This document shows positions 49,578 to 53,003 of a stretch of 53,003 nucleotides of DNA, piece by piece. The notes beneath the pieces were generated by a model. That model saw only the letters and a program-made list of their open reading frames with translations, had not been told where the DNA came from and searched no databases. Positions within the stretch are counted from its first letter, which is position 1. Each line of letters starts with the position of its first letter. Source of the DNA: a bacterium (lineage in GTDB: Bacteria > JBDRGX01); contig JBDRGX010000094.1 in the NCBI GenBank assembly GCA_043817485.1, positions 1 to 53,003 on the forward strand, given 5' to 3'. A program made the position numbers and the translations under genes.

Positions 49578-49602
49578 TTTTATTTTCCTCTTTTAGTAAA
49601 TA

Positions 49603-49631
49603 TTATTAAATATTTTTATTTATTTTGTCAA
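49603..49631 (-). promoter_or_regulatory. candidate promoter TTGACA-17-TAATAA for the 54-codon ORF
   Basis: Exact -35 on the minus strand (49631-49626), 17-nt spacer, and an A/T -10. Confidence 0.4.
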
Positions 49632-49663
49632 GAAATTTTTTGTGTATTAAAAAAAATTAAATT

Positions 49664-50371
49664 TTATATTCCTCTTAATTTACATTTTCCAACATTAGGA
49701 ACACACATTTTTAAAAGTGCTTCCATTTCTTCTTTTGAATAAGGTTTTATTTTTCTAATTTCTGACCCCATAGCATTTAATGGATTAAATTGTTGTAATA
49801 CAAATTTTTTTGGTGCCATTTTAGATATTTCTTTAATATCATCAAAACTATGAAAAAAAGGTATTACTGTAATTCTAAATTCATAATCTATTTTATTTTG
49901 CAAAAGAATTTTAACACTTTCCATAATTTTATCCAAAGAAAAATCTACACCACCTATTATTTTTTTATAATTTTCTTCTTTAAAAAGTGTTTTTATATCC
50001 ATTGCAATATAATCAACCAATTTATTTTTTATTAGAAATTTTATCATTTCTGGATTACTTCCATTAGTATCTAATTTGATTTTAATTTTTGAAATATTTT
50101 TTTTAATATCTTCAATGAACTGAGGTAATTCAGAATAAATAGTAGGTTCTCCACCGGAAATTACTAACCCATCAATCCAATTCAAATGTTTTTGAAAACT
50201 TTTTTTTACTATTTCCAAAGGAACTAAATCTAATTCTTCTGGATGTAAAACTAAAGTATCAGCATGACAATAAGGACACCTAAAATTACAACCAGGCAAA
50301 AAAATTACTGATGAAATTCTATCATCCCAATCAAGAAATGATGTTTCAATAAATCCCTTAATTTCAATCAT
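49664..50371 (-). CDS. nrdG: radical SAM activating enzyme, anaerobic ribonucleotide reductase activase type (NrdG-like)
   Basis: SFLDWDDRISSVIFLPGCNFRCPYCH (CxxxCxxC cluster) and the SGGEP SAM motif. About 235 aa, as in the short NrdG2-type activases. Confidence 0.75.
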   Translation of the reverse strand: MIEIKGFIETSFLDWDDRISSVIFLPGCNFRCPYCHADTLVLHPEELDLVPLEIVKKSFQKHLNWIDGLVISGGEPTIYSELPQFIEDIKKNISKIKIKLDTNGSNPEMIKFLIKNKLVDYIAMDIKTLFKEENYKKIIGGVDFSLDKIMESVKILLQNKIDYEFRITVIPFFHSFDDIKEISKMAPKKFVLQQFNPLNAMGSEIRKIKPYSKEEMEALLKMCVPNVGKCKLRGI

Positions 50372-50587
50372 TTTTTATCCTTTCTTTATAAAATATATTT
50401 CAAACTATTCAAAAAACAAGAAAAAAATAAAAAACTATTTATTTGACAAAAAAAAATATTTATAATTTCTTTAAAAAGAATTTTTTATTTTTAAATTATT
50501 AAAATTGCTTTATGAATATAAATAACAATTTAGTGACTAAATTGACACTATCTTTTTTTAATTTGCAAAAAAGAATAATTAAGGAGT

Positions 50588-51823
50588 ATGTTTTTGTATT
50601 TTATCTATAATATGTTTTTAATACTCATTTTCCCAATTTTTCTTTTATATTTTGGAATAAATTTCTTATTTTTTTCACACAACAAAAAATTTATAAAAAA
50701 TCGATTTGGTTTTATTGATATTAAAAGCACAAATTCTATTTTAATTCATGCTATTTCAGCTGGAGAAGTAGTCTCTACTTTTCCTTTAATAAAAGAACTT
50801 CAAAAAAAAACTCATAAAAAAATAATTCTTTCAACTGGAACTAATGCTGGTTTTATATTAGCATCACAAAAATTAGAAAATGTAGAAATAATATTTTTTC
50901 CTTTTGATTTCTGGTGGAGTATAAAAAAAACATTAAAAACAATCAACCCATCTTTAATTATAATTATGGAAGTAGAAATTTGGCCTAATTTATTATTGCT
51001 TGCTCATAAACTAAATATTCCTATTGTCATGATGAATGGACGAATATATAAAAAAGATTTAAAAGCATATAAAAAACTTTCATTCTTTTTTAAAAAAATT
51101 CTTAATTATTTCACTATTTGTGGAATGCAATCAGAAGAAGATAAAAATCGATTAATTGAAATTGGAGCCCCAAAAGAAAAAGTAATATTTTATGGTAATA
51201 CAAAATTTGATTATGATTTACCAGAAAAAGTAATATTTTATGATATAAAAATTCCTTTTAATCAACAAATAATAGTAGCTGGAAGTACTCATAAAGATGA
51301 AGATAAAAAAGTTTTAGAAGTATATAAAAATATTAGATTAAAGTACGAAAATGTTTGTTTAATTATAGCTCCACGACATTTAGATAGAATTGAAACAATA
51401 GAAAAAATTTGTCAAAATCTTAATTTGTCTTTTTGCAAAAGAACAAATATTAAAAAAAATACTCAAGTAATTATTTTAGATACAATAGGAGAATTAGGAA
51501 AAATTTATAGTTTGGCTAATATTGTTTTTATTGGTGGAAGTTTAGTTCCTATTGGTGGACATAATTTAATAGAAGCAGCAATATTTGCTAAACCAATTAT
51601 TTTTGGACATTATATGGAAAATTTCAAAGAATTAAAAAATTTATTTCTTTCTTGTAATGGTGCTATCGAAATACAAAATGTAAAAGAATTAGAACAAAAA
51701 TTCATTTTCTTATTAGAAAACGAAATAGAAAGAAATAAAATAGGAAATAATGCTTACAAAATAATTAAAAAAAATCAAGGAATTACTTTAAAATATATAG
51801 AAATGATAAAACAATGGTTATAA
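50588..51823 (+). CDS. waaA: 3-deoxy-D-manno-octulosonic acid (Kdo) transferase
   Basis: N-terminal TM anchor, IHAISAGEV, E.E.WPN, and the C-terminal GGSL...GGHN..E. AAGGAG RBS. Confidence 0.88.
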   Translation: MFLYFIYNMFLILIFPIFLLYFGINFLFFSHNKKFIKNRFGFIDIKSTNSILIHAISAGEVVSTFPLIKELQKKTHKKIILSTGTNAGFILASQKLENVEIIFFPFDFWWSIKKTLKTINPSLIIIMEVEIWPNLLLLAHKLNIPIVMMNGRIYKKDLKAYKKLSFFFKKILNYFTICGMQSEEDKNRLIEIGAPKEKVIFYGNTKFDYDLPEKVIFYDIKIPFNQQIIVAGSTHKDEDKKVLEVYKNIRLKYENVCLIIAPRHLDRIETIEKICQNLNLSFCKRTNIKKNTQVIILDTIGELGKIYSLANIVFIGGSLVPIGGHNLIEAAIFAKPIIFGHYMENFKELKNLFLSCNGAIEIQNVKELEQKFIFLLENEIERNKIGNNAYKIIKKNQGITLKYIEMIKQWL

Positions 51824-52692
51824 AATATTTTATTGAATACATACTTTTTAAATTTATTTTCATTTTTGCTAATCTTTTATCATGGAAAGCAACTTATTAT
51901 TTAGGAATAATTTTAGGAAAATGTGTTTATTTTTGCTTACCTTATTGGAAAAAAATTACACATAATAATTTAAAATTTATTTATGGAAGTACTTTGACTC
52001 AAAAAGAAATTATTAAAATGGCTAAAAAAGTATATGAAAATTTTTGTATTGCAGCAGTATATTTTTTAAGAGAAAAAAAAATTAACAAAAAAAATTTAGA
52101 TGAATTTATAGAATTTCAAGGTTTAGAAAATTTAGACAAAGCTCTTAGTCAAAAAAAAGGAGTTATTGTTATTAGTGGCCATTTCGGAAATTGGGAAGTA
52201 ATGGTAAGAGGATTATGTCTAAAAGGTTATCCTATATATGCTCTTTATAGACCTCAAAACAATTATTTTGTTGATAAATGTATAAATAATATAAGAACAT
52301 CTGGTGGAATAAAATTAATTCCTCGAAATAAATCTATTCGTAAAGTATTTTCTTGTATAAAAAATAACCAAATTTTTTATACAATGATGGATCAAAATGT
52401 TATTAAAAATGGTATTTTTGTAGATTTTATGGGACATAGAGCATCAACTGCTATTGGCACTACAATGTTTGCTTTAAAAACACAAGCTTGTGTTTTACCA
52501 ATATTTTCATATCGTTTAAATTATAAAAAATATAAAATAATTATAGGAGAAGAAATTCTATTAGAAAAAACTGGCATTAAAGAAAAAGATATAGAAAAAA
52601 CTACTACTCAATTTACCAAATCTATTGAAGAATTTATTAAAAAAAGTCCGACTGAATGGCTTTGGCTACATCCTCGATGGAAAACACAATAA
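51814..52692 (+). CDS. lipid A biosynthesis (Kdo)2-lipid IVA acyltransferase family protein (LpxL/HtrB-like)
   Basis: N-terminal TM segment, the SGHFGNWE catalytic motif and the C-terminal W.W.H.RWK signature. Overlaps the waaA stop. Confidence 0.82.
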   Translation: MVIKYFIEYILFKFIFIFANLLSWKATYYLGIILGKCVYFCLPYWKKITHNNLKFIYGSTLTQKEIIKMAKKVYENFCIAAVYFLREKKINKKNLDEFIEFQGLENLDKALSQKKGVIVISGHFGNWEVMVRGLCLKGYPIYALYRPQNNYFVDKCINNIRTSGGIKLIPRNKSIRKVFSCIKNNQIFYTMMDQNVIKNGIFVDFMGHRASTAIGTTMFALKTQACVLPIFSYRLNYKKYKIIIGEEILLEKTGIKEKDIEKTTTQFTKSIEEFIKKSPTEWLWLHPRWKTQ

Positions 52693-52862
52693 TGAAATTT
52701 GTTGCTAATTAGATTTCTAATATAATTTTAGTTTGACAAATTAATCCTTGTGTATATTAAAATTTACTATACACTAAAAGGATTATAATGATAAATATGA
52801 ATAAAATTCTTGCAACTATTATTTACTTAAGTGAAATATAACAAAAAAAAAAGAATAAAAAA

Positions 52863-53003
52863 ATGGGAAAAAACATCAGAGTTACTAAAATGAATGCTTT
52901 TTACATTATTACAATAGCTATTTGTATTTTTCTAACTACAAGTTGTTGTAACGGAATACAAGAAAGGAAGCAATCTAAAATGAATTATGATCAACAAGAC
53001 ATC
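52863..53003 (+). CDS. putative lipoprotein, N-terminal fragment (runs off the window)
   Basis: MGKNIRVTKMNAFYIITIAICIFLTTSCCNG...: signal peptide with a lipobox-like LTTSC. Open to the end of the window. Confidence 0.45.
   Translation, partial: MGKNIRVTKMNAFYIITIAICIFLTTSCCNGIQERKQSKMNYDQQDI

Noticed and set aside
50443-50466. TTGACA and TATAAT hexamers upstream of waaA as a promoter.
   Set aside because: Both hexamers are exact, but they are separated by only 12 nt, which is too short for a functional sigma70-type spacer. They may be coincidental in A/T-rich DNA.
1-53003. Search for rRNA, tRNA, tmRNA, RNase P or SRP RNA genes, and for transposase, integrase, phage or defence genes.
   Set aside because: The few GC-rich patches (6831-6858, 13303-13328, 18660-18740, 46850-46915) do not contain tRNA-like T-loop (GGTTCGAAT-type) sequences or other recognisable RNA-gene signatures. 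No ORF shows recombinase, nuclease or defence-system motifs.

Overview
Very AT-rich (roughly three-quarters A+T by eye) bacterial chromosomal segment from a diderm organism, judged from the LPS genes waaA and an lpxL-like acyltransferase, a TonB-domain gene and beta-barrel-type outer-membrane proteins. Standard genetic code. The core of the window is one contiguous minus-strand ribosomal super-operon at about 16.2-37.6 kb: str (rpsL-rpsG-fusA-tuf), S10, spc with secY-adk-map-infA-rpmJ, and alpha (rpsM-rpsK-rpsD-rpoA-rplQ) plus rpmE. To its left are an ABC-2 exporter, two paralogous NHL-repeat surface proteins, an orphan TonB-domain gene in a GC-elevated patch, an OMP, purE-cdsA-uppS, a ferredoxin and a GH4/sugar-acid cluster. 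To its right are polX, fmt-def, gyrA and dxr, then a strand switch into an envelope-glycan cluster (O-antigen-ligase-like, acetyltransferase, DegT aminotransferase, GT2), ndk, an NrdG-type radical-SAM activase, waaA and the lpxL-like gene. I found no rRNA, tRNA, CRISPR array, transposase or integrase. Five things need a second look. (1) A previously unannotated family of about 115-160-nt inverted-repeat elements, GC-rich cores in two of them, has 3 clear copies plus one larger cargo-like copy; the three small copies sit directly 5' of a gene's RBS. One of these is inside the alpha operon between rpsK and rpsD. (2) A decaying tandem array of small lipoprotein genes is inserted between rplF and rplR in the spc operon. 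(3) Three genes (rplD, dxr and one NHL paralog) are each disrupted by exactly one extra base in a 9-11-nt homopolymer. (4) rpsD carries an in-frame TAA at codon 30. (5) A promoter-equipped 54-codon Cys-containing ORF lies next to the radical-SAM gene. No complete novel multi-gene system is demonstrable from sequence alone; the repeat family is the strongest candidate for something new.
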